Part shown: positions 8,703-18,071 of the stretch, piece after piece
How the letters are laid out: the number at the start of each line of letters is the position of its first letter
Numbering within the stretch: the first letter of the stretch is position 1
Source: Candidatus Aminicenantes bacterium
GTDB lineage: Bacteria > Acidobacteriota > Aminicenantia > Aminicenantales > Saccharicenantaceae
DNA: 64,000 bases
Reading direction: 5' to 3'
Assembly (NCBI GenBank): GCA_963813235.1
Contig: CAWEYF010000012.1
Location: 4,170 to 68,169, forward strand
The notes under the pieces: model-generated
What the model saw: only the letters and a program-made list of their open reading frames with translations
Databases searched by the model: none
What the model was told of the DNA's origin: nothing
Program-made: the position numbers and the translations under genes

Positions 8703-11423
8703 CTACAGGCAATCCCGGAGGTATTTCGCCGTGATCGATCGCCTGGACCTAGCGATCTTTTCCGGCGTGCCCTGGGCGACGATCCGGCCTCCGGCCGCCC
8801 CGCCTTCGGGCCCCAGGTCGATGACGTGGTCGGCGCACTTGATGACGTCGAGGTTGTGCTCGATGACGACGACGCCGTGCCCGGCGTCGACGAGCTTCTG
8901 GAAACAGCGCAGAAGGACCGAGACGTCGTTCTGGTGGAGGCCGATCGTCGGCTCGTCGAACAGGTAGAGAGCCTTTTCCCCCTTGTCGTGGACGAGGTGG
9001 TGGGCCAGCTTGATCCGCTGGAGCTCGCCCCCGGAGAGGGAGGTCGTCGGCTGGCCGAGCTTGAGGTAGCCGAGCCCGACCTCGATCAGAGGGTAGAGCC
9101 TCTTCGTGATGTCCGGCCTTCCGGCGAAGAACAGGCTGGCCTCGGTGACGCTCATTCCCAGGACCTCGTGGATGTTCCGGCCTTCGTAACGGACCTCGAG
9201 GACCTCGTTCTTGAACCGCTTCCCGTTGCAGGCCTCGCAGGTCAGGACGACGTCCGAGAGGAACTGCATCTCGACGATCTTCTGGCCGGCGCCCTGGCAT
9301 TCCTCGCACCGCCCGCCGGGCGTGTTGAAGGAGAAGGTCCCGGGCTTCATCCCCATGATCCTGGCCTCACGGGTCTGGCTGAAGAGCTCCCGGATGCCGT
9401 CCATGGCCTTCGTGTAGGTGGCGGGGATGGATCGGGGCGAGACGCTGAGGGGCGACTGATCCACCAGGACGACCTTGCCGACATCTTCAGCGCCCCGGAT
9501 CTCGCGGAATCCGTTCGACGCCGTACCCTCGAGGCCGCGGTAGAGGAGGTCGGCGACGAGGGTGCTCTTGCCCGACCCCGAAACCCCGGTGACACAGCAG
9601 AGGACATCGAGCGGGATACGGACGTCGATGTGGTCGAGGTTGTGCAGGTGCGCGTCCAGTACCTCGAGGCGCCTCCGGGACGTCCGCCGCGTTTTGGGGA
9701 CGGGGATGGCCCTGTCGCCCCGCATGTACTGGGCGGTCAAAGACGTCCGGCTCTCGAGGAACGCGTCCATCGGCCCGGCGAAGACGATCTCGCCGCCCGC
9801 CTCGCCCGCCCTCGGTCCGAGATCGACGACGGCGTCCGCGGCCCGGATGATTTCGGGGTCATGCTCGACCACCACGACGGTATTTCCGATCTCCTGGAGC
9901 GACTTGAGGATGCGGATGAGCCGTTGGTTGTCCCGGGGGTGGAGGCCGACACTGGGCTCGTCGAGGACGAAGAGGGTCCCGACGAGGGCCGAGCTCAGGG
10001 CGGCGGCCAGGTTGATCCGCTGAGCCTCGCCCCCGGACAGCGTGAACGTCATCCGGTCGAGGGTGATATAGTCAAGGCCGACTTCGAGCAGGAACCGAAG
10101 GCGGTTCCTTATCTCGGCGACGAGCTTCTCGGCCACTTGGCGCTCGAACGGACCGAGGTCGAGGGTCCCGAGGAAATCTGAGGCCTCGCGGACGGTCATC
10201 CGGACGAACTCGCCGATCCCGATGCCTCCGACACGCACGCCCAGGGCCTGGGGATTGAGCCGCGTCTTTCCGCAGGAGGGGCAGGCGACGTACTTGCGGT
10301 AGCGGGCGAGGAGCACCCGGACTTGGACCTTGTACTTCTTGGATTGGAGCCACTCGAAGAATCCCTTGACCCCGTGGTATCCGTCGCCTCCGTCCAGGAT
10401 GAACCTCCGGGCCTCCGGAGCGAGGTCGCGGAAGGGCACATTCGTAGGGATGCCCCTTTTCCGGGCCTCGGCGAGCATCTCGCGCTGGAGGCCGCGCGAG
10501 AGGGGCTTGGTCCACGGCTCGACGGCCCCCCTCTCCAGCGACAGTCCCGGGTCGGGGACGATCTTGTCCTCGTCGACGACGGCCATATCGCCGAACCCGT
10601 GGCACTCGGGGCAGGCGCCCTGGGGGCTGTTGAACGAGAACAGGTTCGGGAAGGAGTCCTCGTAGGCGATGCCGCATTCCTTGCACTCAAGCTTGTCGGA
10701 GACGGGGAACTCCCGGCCGTTCTCGGCCCGGACCATGGCCCGGCCGCCGCCCTTTTTGAGGGCCAGTTCAAGGGAATCCGCCAGACGCTCCCGCTCCTCG
10801 GGGTCCGGGGTCAGCCGGTCGACGAGAACGTCGAATGGTCCCTTTTTCGCGGGCCCCGCCTGCTCCAGGTCGACCACCGTGCCGCCTTCGAGGATGCGGA
10901 AAAAGCCCTCCTTCTTCAGCTCGGCAATCCCCTTGCCGGCCGGCCAGGCGAAACTTATCGAGAGCTTGGTCCCGGCGGGGAGGGCGAGGAGGGTGTCGAC
11001 GACCCCGTCGACCGTGTCCCTCCGGACGGGCCGGCCGCACTTTCGGCAGTGGATGGTCCCGATCCGGGCGTAGAGGACGCGGAGGAAATCGTAGATCTCG
11101 GTGACGGTGGCGACGGTGGACCGGGGATTTTTGCCCGAGCTCTTCTGCTGGATGGCGAGGGCCGGCGGGATCCCTTCGATGAGCTCGGCGTCCGGCTTAT
11201 CCATCCGTTCCAGGAACTGGCGCGCGTAGGCGGAGAGGGATTCGATATAGCGGCGCTGGCCCTCGGCGTATAGGGTGTCGAAGGCCAGGGAGGATTTCCC
11301 CGAGCCGCTGACGCCGGTCACGACGACGAACTTGTCCAGCGGGATGTCCACGTCCACGTTCTTCAGGTTGTGGACGCGCACGCCGCGGAGTTTGATGACG
11401 TTTTCGCTCATTTCGCTTTGCAC
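8703..11423 (-). CDS. uvrA: Excinuclease ABC subunit A
   Basis: Intact 906-aa ORF. Motifs: [44 protein letters not shown], two ABC ATPase modules ([21 protein letters not shown]) and zinc-finger Cys pairs. Confidence 0.9.
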   Translation of the reverse strand: MQSEMSENVIKLRGVRVHNLKNVDVDIPLDKFVVVTGVSGSGKSSLAFDTLYAEGQRRYIESLSAYARQFLERMDKPDAELIEGIPPALAIQQKSSGKNPRSTVATVTEIYDFLRVLYARIGTIHCRKCGRPVRRDTVDGVVDTLLALPAGTKLSISFAWPAGKGIAELKKEGFFRILEGGTVVDLEQAGPAKKGPFDVLVDRLTPDPEERERLADSLELALKKGGGRAMVRAENGREFPVSDKLECKECGIAYEDSFPNLFSFNSPQGACPECHGFGDMAVVDEDKIVPDPGLSLERGAVEPWTKPLSRGLQREMLAEARKRGIPTNVPFRDLAPEARRFILDGGDGYHGVKGFFEWLQSKKYKVQVRVLLARYRKYVACPSCGKTRLNPQALGVRVGGIGIGEFVRMTVREASDFLGTLDLGPFERQVAEKLVAEIRNRLRFLLEVGLDYITLDRMTFTLSGGEAQRINLAAALSSALVGTLFVLDEPSVGLHPRDNQRLIRILKSLQEIGNTVVVVEHDPEIIRAADAVVDLGPRAGEAGGEIVFAGPMDAFLESRTSLTAQYMRGDRAIPVPKTRRTSRRRLEVLDAHLHNLDHIDVRIPLDVLCCVTGVSGSGKSTLVADLLYRGLEGTASNGFREIRGAEDVGKVVLVDQSPLSVSPRSIPATYTKAMDGIRELFSQTREARIMGMKPGTFSFNTPGGRCEECQGAGQKIVEMQFLSDVVLTCEACNGKRFKNEVLEVRYEGRNIHEVLGMSVTEASLFFAGRPDITKRLYPLIEVGLGYLKLGQPTTSLSGGELQRIKLAHHLVHDKGEKALYLFDEPTIGLHQNDVSVLLRCFQKLVDAGHGVVVIEHNLDVIKCADHVIDLGPEGGAAGGRIVAQGTPEKIARSRRSITAKYLRDCL

Positions 11424-11434
11424 CGATCCCTATG

Positions 11435-11580
11435 GGATCGCGTTCGAAGGACTCGGGGTGCGGCGATGAAAGTCGCCCCTCTCCCCCCGATCCCCTGGAA
11501 CCAGTCCCGGCGGTTCCCCCCGCCCTGAAGGGCGGGTCCCCCCTCCGCTACGGGGGGCGTCAGGGCGACCTTCGTCGCCG
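11435..11580 (+). repeat. Structured dispersed repeat, copy A (outer 18-bp stem enclosing three GC hairpins)
   Basis: GGATCGCGTTCGAAGGACTC leads into GTGCGGCGATGAAAGTCGCCC (11461-11478), which pairs with GGGCGACCTTCGTCGCCG (11563-11580). Internal hairpins are GGAACC..GGTTCC, CCGCCCtgaaGGGCGG and CCCCCC..GGGGGG. It is near-identical in layout to 34732-34877. Confidence 0.7.
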
Positions 11581-11741
11581 GGTCCTCCGGGATATCTTCG
11601 CGGGGCGGTCCTGTTGTTGCTCATTTCGGGCCCTTGCAAAACATCTATTATATCAGAGCCAGGCGCGCTAGACGAGCGGGGGGTGCGGCGCGATATCACG
11701 TTATGTGGTTGCATCTCCTCTGTCGGCAATACGGCCTGCTT

Positions 11742-11762
11742 CCCCCCTTTTCCAAAGGGGGG
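11742..11762. repeat. Solo CCCCCCTTT-N3-AAAGGGGGG hairpin
   Basis: CCCCCCTTTtccAAAGGGGGG. It is the same hairpin unit that is arrayed at 61766-61910. Confidence 0.5.
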
Positions 11763-11830
11763 AACTCATGGGAAAGACGAGGGCTGGATTCCGCCGCTGC
11801 AGCCGCTCGCGCTTCGGGCCACGTGTGGCG

Positions 11831-11839
11831 TGATATAAT
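11831..11839 (+). promoter_or_regulatory. Extended -10 promoter element for mntP
   Basis: TGATATAAT (TGnTATAAT) ends 24 nt upstream of the mntP ATG at 11864. Confidence 0.4.
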
Positions 11840-11863
11840 AGCCTTTCTTGCCGAGACGCTGAC

Positions 11864-12424
11864 ATGAACCTGCTCGTCGTTCTGGGAATGGCCGTGGCTC
11901 TGGCCATGGACTGTTTCGCCGTGGCCATGGGCCTGTCCTGCGGAGCGACGCGACTGACGGGGCGGCAGACGCTCCGGGTGGCCTTGTTCTTCGGCCTCTT
12001 CCAGTTCGCCATGCCCGTTCTGGGATGGCTTGCCGGAGAGAACGTCCTCCGCTATATCGAGAGGCTCGACCACTGGGTGGCCCTGGCCCTCCTGTCCTTC
12101 GTCGGCCTGAAGATGATCCGCGAGTCGTTCGCCTCGTCACACGATCGGGACACGGGCCCGGTCGACCGGACCACAGGCGCCCCCCTCCTGGTCCTTTCCG
12201 TTGCCACGAGCATCGACGCCCTGGCCGTAGGGCTGAGCCTGGCCGTCCTGCGGACGAGCATCCTGCTTCCGGCGGCCCTCATCGGCGTCGTCTGCTTCGC
12301 GCTGACGGTCGTCGGGGCCAAGCTCGGGCCGCTTGTCGGGAGGGCGGTCGGCAGGCGGGCGGAACTTCTCGGTGGCCTCATCCTCATCGGCATCGGGATC
12401 AAGATCCTCGCCGGTCATCTTTGA
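11864..12424 (+). CDS. mntP: Manganese efflux pump MntP
   Basis: 186-aa polytopic membrane ORF. The N-terminus LGMAVALAMDCFAVAMG and the repeated half (SIDALAVGLSL) are typical of the MntP/YebN family. Confidence 0.85.
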   Translation: MNLLVVLGMAVALAMDCFAVAMGLSCGATRLTGRQTLRVALFFGLFQFAMPVLGWLAGENVLRYIERLDHWVALALLSFVGLKMIRESFASSHDRDTGPVDRTTGAPLLVLSVATSIDALAVGLSLAVLRTSILLPAALIGVVCFALTVVGAKLGPLVGRAVGRRAELLGGLILIGIGIKILAGHL

Positions 12425-12428
12425 ATAC

Positions 12429-12514
12429 GGGACACAATGCCAATTTTCGATTTCTTAAATTCTCTTCTGGGGAAATCACCGCTTTCAGTAATTCGGAATT
12501 TGGTATTGTGTCCC
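12429..12514. repeat. Long AT-rich inverted repeat (22-bp arms, 42-nt loop)
   Basis: GGGACACAATGCCAATTTTCGA (12429-12450) pairs with TCGGAATTTGGTATTGTGTCCC (12493-12514), with 1 mismatch and 2 G-T wobbles. It lies between the mntP stop and the SDR start. Confidence 0.6.
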
Positions 12515-12550
12515 CGATTCTGATATGCTTTGATCGCACGGGAGAAAACG

Positions 12551-13322
12551 ATGGTTCAACTAAAGGATAAAATCGTATTCATCACCGGAGCAAGCTCTGG
12601 GATCGGCCTGGCCTGCGCCCAGGCGTTCGCGGCACAGGGAGCGAAGCTCATCCTCGCCGCCCGGCGCCGGGACCGGCTTGCGGGGCTTGCCGCCGAGCTC
12701 AAGGCCGCGTTCGGGACGACATCCCATATCGTCGCCTTGGACGTCCGCGACAGGAAGGCCGTGGCGAAGACCGTCGCGGTGCTTCCCGGCAAAATGGAAG
12801 GACATCGAGGTCCTGGTCAACAACGCCGGCCTGAGCCGCGGGCTGGACAAGCTCCAGGAGGGGAAGCTCGCCGACTGGGAGGAGATGATCGACACGAACG
12901 TCAAGGGCCTCCTCTATGTCAGCCGGGCAGTCTTGCCCGGCATGGTCAAGCGCGGCCGCGGCCACGTCATCAACATCGGCTCCATCGCCGGCCGGGAGGT
13001 CTATCCCGGCGGGAACGTCTATTGCGCGACCAAGTCCGCCGTCAACGCCCTCACTAAGGGCATGCGCCTCGACCTCAACGGGACCGGCGTCCGGGTTTCG
13101 ACCGTGGATCCCGGCCTGACGGAGACCGAGTTCAGCGTCGTCCGTTTTCATGGCGACGCCGAGAGGGCAGGGAAGACGTACCTAGGCTTTACCCCGCTCG
13201 CGCCCGAGGACATCGCCGATGCCGTGGTCTATTGCGCGACGCGCCCGGTGCACGTGGACGTCGCCGAGATGCTCGTCCTGCCGACCGACCAGGCCTCGAC
13301 GACGCTTGTGCACAGGAAATAA
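12551..13322 (+). pseudogene. Short-chain dehydrogenase/reductase (YdfG-like), reading frame interrupted once
   Basis: Motifs: TGASSGIG, NNAG, YCATKSAV. The frame switches near 12786-12790 (...ALDVRDRKAVAKTVAVLP | AKWKDIEVLVNNAGLS...), consistent with one extra nucleotide in CTTCCCGGCAAAATGG. Confidence 0.8.
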
Positions 13323-13447
13323 ACCCGGCCTTTCATACTCGTGATGTCGTCGGGGAGTCCCGCGATGCCCGGGCAAAATTGATTTTCCGGCCTCAATCTT
13401 GTATGTTGAATCCATCCAACCTGAGGGGAGCATTGAAGATCGAACCC

Positions 13448-14791
13448 ATGACCGGCCCGCCGTTGAACATCCTCGTTGTCGATGACGAGGCCAACATCCG
13501 CCGAACCCTGTCCATTTGCCTCGAAACGGAGGGCCACAGGGTCATCAGCGTCGGCAGCCCCCGGGACGCCCTTTCCGAATCCGCCCGCCGGCCCTTCGAG
13601 CTTGCCTTCGTGGACCTGCGGCTCGGGACCGAGGACGGTCTCGATCTTATCCCAGCCCTTCTCGCCGCGGTCCCATGGCTTAAGATCATCGTCATCACCG
13701 CCTATGCGTCCATCGATACCGCCGTGGAGGCCATGCGGCGGGGGGCCAGCGATTACATCCCGAAGCCGTTCACGCCCGCCCAGATCCAGCTGGCGGTCCG
13801 GCGTGTCTTCGAGATGCGGACCCTCGAGCAGAGAGTCGCCGCCCTCCAAGAAGACCTGGGCCGGGGGCACCCCGAGATCGATCTCTCGAGCTCCAGCCTC
13901 CCGATGCGGAAGGCCGTGGACCTTGCTCGGCGCGTGGCCGTCTCCGAGGCCACGGTCCTCCTCCTCGGGGAGAGCGGCACGGGCAAGACCGTCCTGGCCA
14001 GGGCCATTCATGAGTGGAGCCCCCGGGCGTCAAAACCTCTCGGCATCATTTCCTGCCCTTCTTTTCCGGCCGAGCTCCTGGAGAGCGAGCTCTTCGGCCA
14101 CGAGAAGGGGGCGTTCACCGGGGCGGTCCGGGACAACCCCGGCCGCATAGCAGCCTGCGAGGGAGGGACGCTCTTCCTTGATGAAGTCGGCGACCTGCCC
14201 CCGGTCCTCCAACCAAAGCTCCTTCGGTTCCTCCAGGAGAAGGAGTACGAACGCGTCGGGGGCGGAGTGACGCGAAAAGCGGATGTTCGGCTCATCGCCG
14301 CCACGAACCTGGACCTCGAGAAGGCGGTCAGGGACGGGGCGTTCCGCGAGGACCTCTATTACCGGCTCAACGTCTTCCGGATCGAGATCCCTCCCTTGCG
14401 CAGCCGGCCCGACGACATCATGCCGCTCGCGGAAAGGCTCCTGGTCTTTCATGGACGGAACAACCACCGGTCCTTTTCCGGCTTTACGGAAGAGGCCGTC
14501 CGGGTGTTATCCTCCTATCCCTGGCCCGGCAACGTCCGGGAGCTGAGCAACGTCATCGAAAGGGCCGCTATCCTCTCCGGCACCGATCGCATCGGGATCG
14601 AAAACCTTCCCGGGACCATCTCCCCCGAAGATGCGTCTCCCCGCGTCGGGGACCCCATGACCCTTGAGAGAATCGAGGAACAACACATCCGCAGGGTCCT
14701 CGCCGGGTCCGCGTCCCTGCAGGAGGCCGCAAACATCCTCGGCATCGATCAGGCCACCCTCTGGCGGCGACGCAAGAAATACGGGATATAG
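13448..14791 (+). CDS. Sigma54-dependent response regulator (REC + AAA+ + Fis-type HTH; NtrC family)
   Basis: REC domain (ILVVDDE...DLRLG...ITAY...KPF). AAA+ domain with GESGTGKT, GHEKGAFTGA (GAFTGA loop) and FLDEVGDL. C-terminal HTH (AANILGIDQATLWRRRKKYGI). An alternative start lies at 13403. Confidence 0.9.
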   Translation: MTGPPLNILVVDDEANIRRTLSICLETEGHRVISVGSPRDALSESARRPFELAFVDLRLGTEDGLDLIPALLAAVPWLKIIVITAYASIDTAVEAMRRGASDYIPKPFTPAQIQLAVRRVFEMRTLEQRVAALQEDLGRGHPEIDLSSSSLPMRKAVDLARRVAVSEATVLLLGESGTGKTVLARAIHEWSPRASKPLGIISCPSFPAELLESELFGHEKGAFTGAVRDNPGRIAACEGGTLFLDEVGDLPPVLQPKLLRFLQEKEYERVGGGVTRKADVRLIAATNLDLEKAVRDGAFREDLYYRLNVFRIEIPPLRSRPDDIMPLAERLLVFHGRNNHRSFSGFTEEAVRVLSSYPWPGNVRELSNVIERAAILSGTDRIGIENLPGTISPEDASPRVGDPMTLERIEEQHIRRVLAGSASLQEAANILGIDQATLWRRRKKYGI

Positions 14792-14829
14792 AAGGGGAGG
14801 GCCCTTCCCCTCCGCACCCCTGCCGAATT

Positions 14830-15609
14830 CTACGCTAGAGCATCCTTATCGTCTTTCACGCCCAGCTTATTCTCCAGCAGGTTGATGCCCTGCAAAATAA
14901 TAAAGCTCTCGTCGTTCGTTTTGATATCGAGGACAATGTCAGAGTTCTTCAGGAGCGCCTTCATCCTGACCGAGAGATAGGCTATCGAGTTGGAGATGTA
15001 GATCGGGAAGTACCAAAAATAAAAGAACGCCAGGATCAAACAAAACACCCCAATACCGGCCATGAGGTTGATGATCCTGGCCGAATCGTGTTTCGCCATC
15101 TGGCTTTTCCGCTCGACCGCCTGCAGGTTGATGTCGTTGATGTTGTTGATGGCGTTTCTGAGAGTTCCTAGGGCCGGCTGGTATTCGTTAAAGTAAACGG
15201 CGCGACTGCCCTCGCCCTTGACGATCCGAAGGCAGAGGTTTGCGTACAGAACATAACCCTGGTTGACCGTATCCACATATTCCCTTTCATGGATCTCGGT
15301 GATGTTGCCGTTTTCGGACTTGAGGTTGTTTTCGAATTCGGTCCTCCCGGCTTCAAAGAGCTTCAAGTCGTAGTCGGAAGTCCCTTGGTCATCGGCCGGG
15401 TTGAAGACGATGCTGCTGATGGCCGTCCGCATATCTTCGAGGGCTGAGATCATGTTCTTGCAAAAGACGAGGGATTTGTAGTTATCCTTCAGAATGTTCT
15501 CGGCGTCACGCGAAAGCGTGCCGATATAAAGGGAATAGAAGACCATTAAAACAAAGATGATGAGGAACAAGAACCCCAAGCCTAACGTCAGTTTCTTTTT
15601 GAGTGTCAT
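14830..15609 (-). CDS. Stand-alone two-TM four-helix-bundle sensor + HAMP-like protein, no transmitter domain
   Basis: 259-aa ORF in a visibly AT-richer segment. The N-terminus MTLKKKLTLGLGFLFLIIFV...ILKDNYKSLVFCKNMISALEDM aligns with the kinase N-terminus LRQKLSLGFGGMLAILVII...ILRENYRSVIACQQMKEALERI. After a second TM segment (GIGVFCLILAFFYFWYF) there are only about 60 residues. Confidence 0.7.
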   Translation of the reverse strand: MTLKKKLTLGLGFLFLIIFVLMVFYSLYIGTLSRDAENILKDNYKSLVFCKNMISALEDMRTAISSIVFNPADDQGTSDYDLKLFEAGRTEFENNLKSENGNITEIHEREYVDTVNQGYVLYANLCLRIVKGEGSRAVYFNEYQPALGTLRNAINNINDINLQAVERKSQMAKHDSARIINLMAGIGVFCLILAFFYFWYFPIYISNSIAYLSVRMKALLKNSDIVLDIKTNDESFIILQGINLLENKLGVKDDKDALA

Positions 15610-15940
15610 GATGCCTCCAGAGAGGAACCCGTTTCTTTCAAGATAGTATCTTCATTGTAGTCCGATTCGCAGCAAATGGGAATCTTCCGGGGCCTGCTCA
15701 TGGACCTCCTCCGTTCCGTCAAGGCGCAATACATGGTTGTGGCGGAAAAGCCGCCGTCTTCTCAGTCGTGCTGGATAAGGTCGTGCTCTGGCCCGATGAT
15801 AGATACATTGCATGGCGAGAGCCAGGTGGAATGCTTTTCGGGCAACCTTCATCGTCGCAAGAAATACGGCATCTTAAAGCGGTTCGCCGAAGCCCGAGCG
15901 TACCCATATTGCCGAATTCAACGCCATTTACCGGACCGCC

Positions 15941-15953
15941 TTGCATAATGCAA
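15941..15953. promoter_or_regulatory. Palindrome TTGCAT-A-ATGCAA, candidate enhancer (UAS) site
   Basis: A perfect 6+1+6 palindrome 64 bp upstream of the -24 element at 16017. The functional assignment is inference only. Confidence 0.3.
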
Positions 15954-16016
15954 TGACGCCTGGAAGCGGATAGCACGCAACTCAATTAATCGCAATAACA
16001 TGACCGCTGACCGATC

Positions 16017-16033
16017 TGGCACGGCTCGTGCAT
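16017..16033 (+). promoter_or_regulatory. Sigma54 (-24/-12) promoter
   Basis: TGGCACG-GCTC-GTGCAT against the consensus TGGCACG-N4-TTGCW, with one mismatch. The GG and GC dinucleotides have correct spacing. The kinase start codon is at 16052 or 16058. Confidence 0.6.
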
Positions 16034-16051
16034 CCCCTTCAATCAAAGGAA

Positions 16052-17901
16052 ATGAACATGCTCGGACTTCGACAGAAGTTATCCCTCGGTTTCGGCGGGA
16101 TGCTGGCCATCCTCGTCATCATCGGCGTCCAGAGCGTCCGTCACTTTTCGAGCCTGGGCGCGTCCATCGACGTTATCCTCCGGGAGAATTATCGAAGCGT
16201 CATCGCCTGCCAACAGATGAAAGAGGCGCTCGAGCGCATTGACAGCGGGCTCCTCTTCATTCTGTTGGGCGAGAGCGTGAAGGGCGAGGCCCTGGTCGCC
16301 GCGAACGAGACATTTTTCCGGGCGGCGCTCCAAGTCGAGCTGGATACGATCACCCTTCCCGGGGAAGGGGAGAAAGCCGCGCTTATCCGCGATTCCTTCG
16401 GCCGGTTCGAATCGGCCCTCGCCGGCGTCGTGGATCCCGCCCTGTCCGCCGCCGCCCGGAAAAGCGCCTATTTCGACCGCGTGCTTCCCCTGTTCGAGCG
16501 CATCAAGAACGGTGCGGACGAGATCCTGCAGATGAACCAGCAGAACATGAGCGACGCCAACGACCTGGCCCGGCGCAGCGCCGCCGCCGCGCGCAGACAG
16601 ATGTTCGCCCTCCTCTTGGCGGGCACGGTCCTCGCCTCCGCTTTCCTCCTTCTAACGGGGAGGTGGATCCTCCGTCCCATCCAGCGCCTTATCGGGTCCG
16701 CCGAGGAGATCCGGCGGGGGAACCTCGACCTGGTCGTCGCGACCGGCTCCCGGGACGAGATCGGCCGGCTTTCCGAAGCCTTCAATGCGATGGCGGCGAG
16801 CCTGCGCGAATTCCGGCGGACCGACGAGGCCCGACTCATTCGGATCCGACGGGCCACCCAGGAAGCGTTCGACAGCCTCCCTGACGCGGTCGCGGTCATC
16901 GATCCGGAGGGGAAGGTCGAGGTCGCCACGGAATCGGCCAGGACCGTCTTCGGGCTGAAGCCGGGGATTCGAGTCTCCGATTCGCCGTTCGAGGCGTTGG
17001 CCGACCTGTTTCGAACGGCGCTCAAGGAAGGCCGCATCGCCACTCCCGGAAACCGGGGAGAGATCCAGGTGTTCGTTGGCGGAGAGGAGAGGTACTTCCG
17101 TCCGAAAGCCGTGCCCATCCTCGACCGCGAACGCCTTGCCGACGGAGTGGTTCTGTTCCTCAGCGACGTCACCCAGCTCCGCCAGCAGGACGAGATCAAG
17201 AAGGGCGTGATCCGGATGGTGTCGCACCAGCTCAGGACGCCATTGACATCCATCCGCATGGCGATCCATCTTCTCCTCGAGGAAAAGGTCGGCCCCTTGA
17301 CCGAGAAGCAGGCGGAGCTCCTGGTGACCGCCAGGGAGGACAGCGATCGCCTGCACGGCATCCTGAGCGACCTCCTCGATATCAGCCGCATTGAATCCGG
17401 GAACGCCACGCTGGAATTCCGGACGGCTCCCCCCCGGACCGTGGTCTTGGACTCGATCGAGCCCTATCGGAGGGCAGCCCAGGACCAGGGCGTCGAGCTC
17501 GTCCCGGAGCTCAAGGACGACCTTCCCGACGTTTGGGTGGACTTGACCCGGATCGGTCACGTGTTCGGCAACTTGATCTCGAACGCCTTGAAGTACACGC
17601 CCGCCGGGGGCCGGATCGCGGTCGGGGCCGCCGCGGAGGAGGCCTTCGTCCGCTTTTCGGTCTCGGATACGGGAGCGGGGATCCCCGAGGAGTTCCTTTC
17701 GAGGGTCTTCGAACCGTTCTTTCGGGTTCCGGGCCACGGGAAAGAGATCGGAGCACGGGCTCGGATTGGCCATCGTCAAGGAGATCGTGGAGGCCCACGG
17801 CGGAACGGTCGGCGCCGAGAGCCGGTCCGGGGACCGGGTCCACATTCACGTTCACCCTCCGAAGGGCCGACCGGCGACTCGGCGGGGAGATCCGGGCATG
17901 A
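16052..17901 (+). pseudogene. Sensor histidine kinase (4HB sensor, HAMP, PAS, HisKA, HATPase_c), frame interrupted twice near the 3' end
   Basis: TM-flanked sensor, HAMP (RPIQRLIGSAEEIRRGNLD...DEIGRLSEAFNAM), PAS (FDSLPDAVAVIDPEG), H-box (MVSHQLRTPLTSI), N-box (NLISNALKYTP). The G-boxes are only readable after frame switches at about 17750 (HGLGLAIVKEIVEAHGG) and about 17830 (GTGSTFTFTLRRAD). Confidence 0.8.
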
Positions 17902-17981
17902 CCGACCTCCTCTACCTCGTCCTCGCCGGGCTCTTCTTTGCCGCCTGCGGGCTTTACGTCCGGGCATGTAAAAGGCTGTGA
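17898..17981 (+). CDS. 27-codon hydrophobic peptide upstream of kdpF (hypothetical)
   Basis: MTDLLYLVLAGLFFAACGLYVRACKRL. Its ATG overlaps the kinase stop (ATGA), and its stop is 2 nt before kdpF. There is no independent support. Confidence 0.3.
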   Translation: MTDLLYLVLAGLFFAACGLYVRACKRL

Positions 17982-17983
17982 CC

Positions 17984-18067
17984 ATGGCCGACATCCTTGG
18001 GCTCATCATCGGCCTCCTGCTCATCGGCTACCTCTTGATGAGCATCCTCCGGCCCGAAAAATTCTAA
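17984..18067 (+). CDS. kdpF: K+-transporting ATPase subunit F
   Basis: MADILGLIIGLLLIGYLLMSILRPEKF: 27 aa, a single TM segment, with the C-terminal LL.PEKF ending typical of KdpF. It lies immediately upstream of kdpA. Confidence 0.6.
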   Translation: MADILGLIIGLLLIGYLLMSILRPEKF

Positions 18068-18071
18068 TGGC

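Noticed and set aside
11745-11863. A yybP-ykoY (Mn2+) riboswitch upstream of mntP. AAAGGGGGGAAC and CTTGCCGAGAC superficially resemble the conserved GGGGAGUAG and UUxxCAAGAC elements.
   Set aside because: The order and pairing partners do not fit the four-way junction, and no P1 complement follows GAGAC. The G-run is part of the CCCCCCTTT..AAAGGGGGG hairpin repeat. An extended -10 (TGATATAAT, 11831-11839) leaves only about 18-25 nt of leader. A cmscan with RF00080 would settle it.
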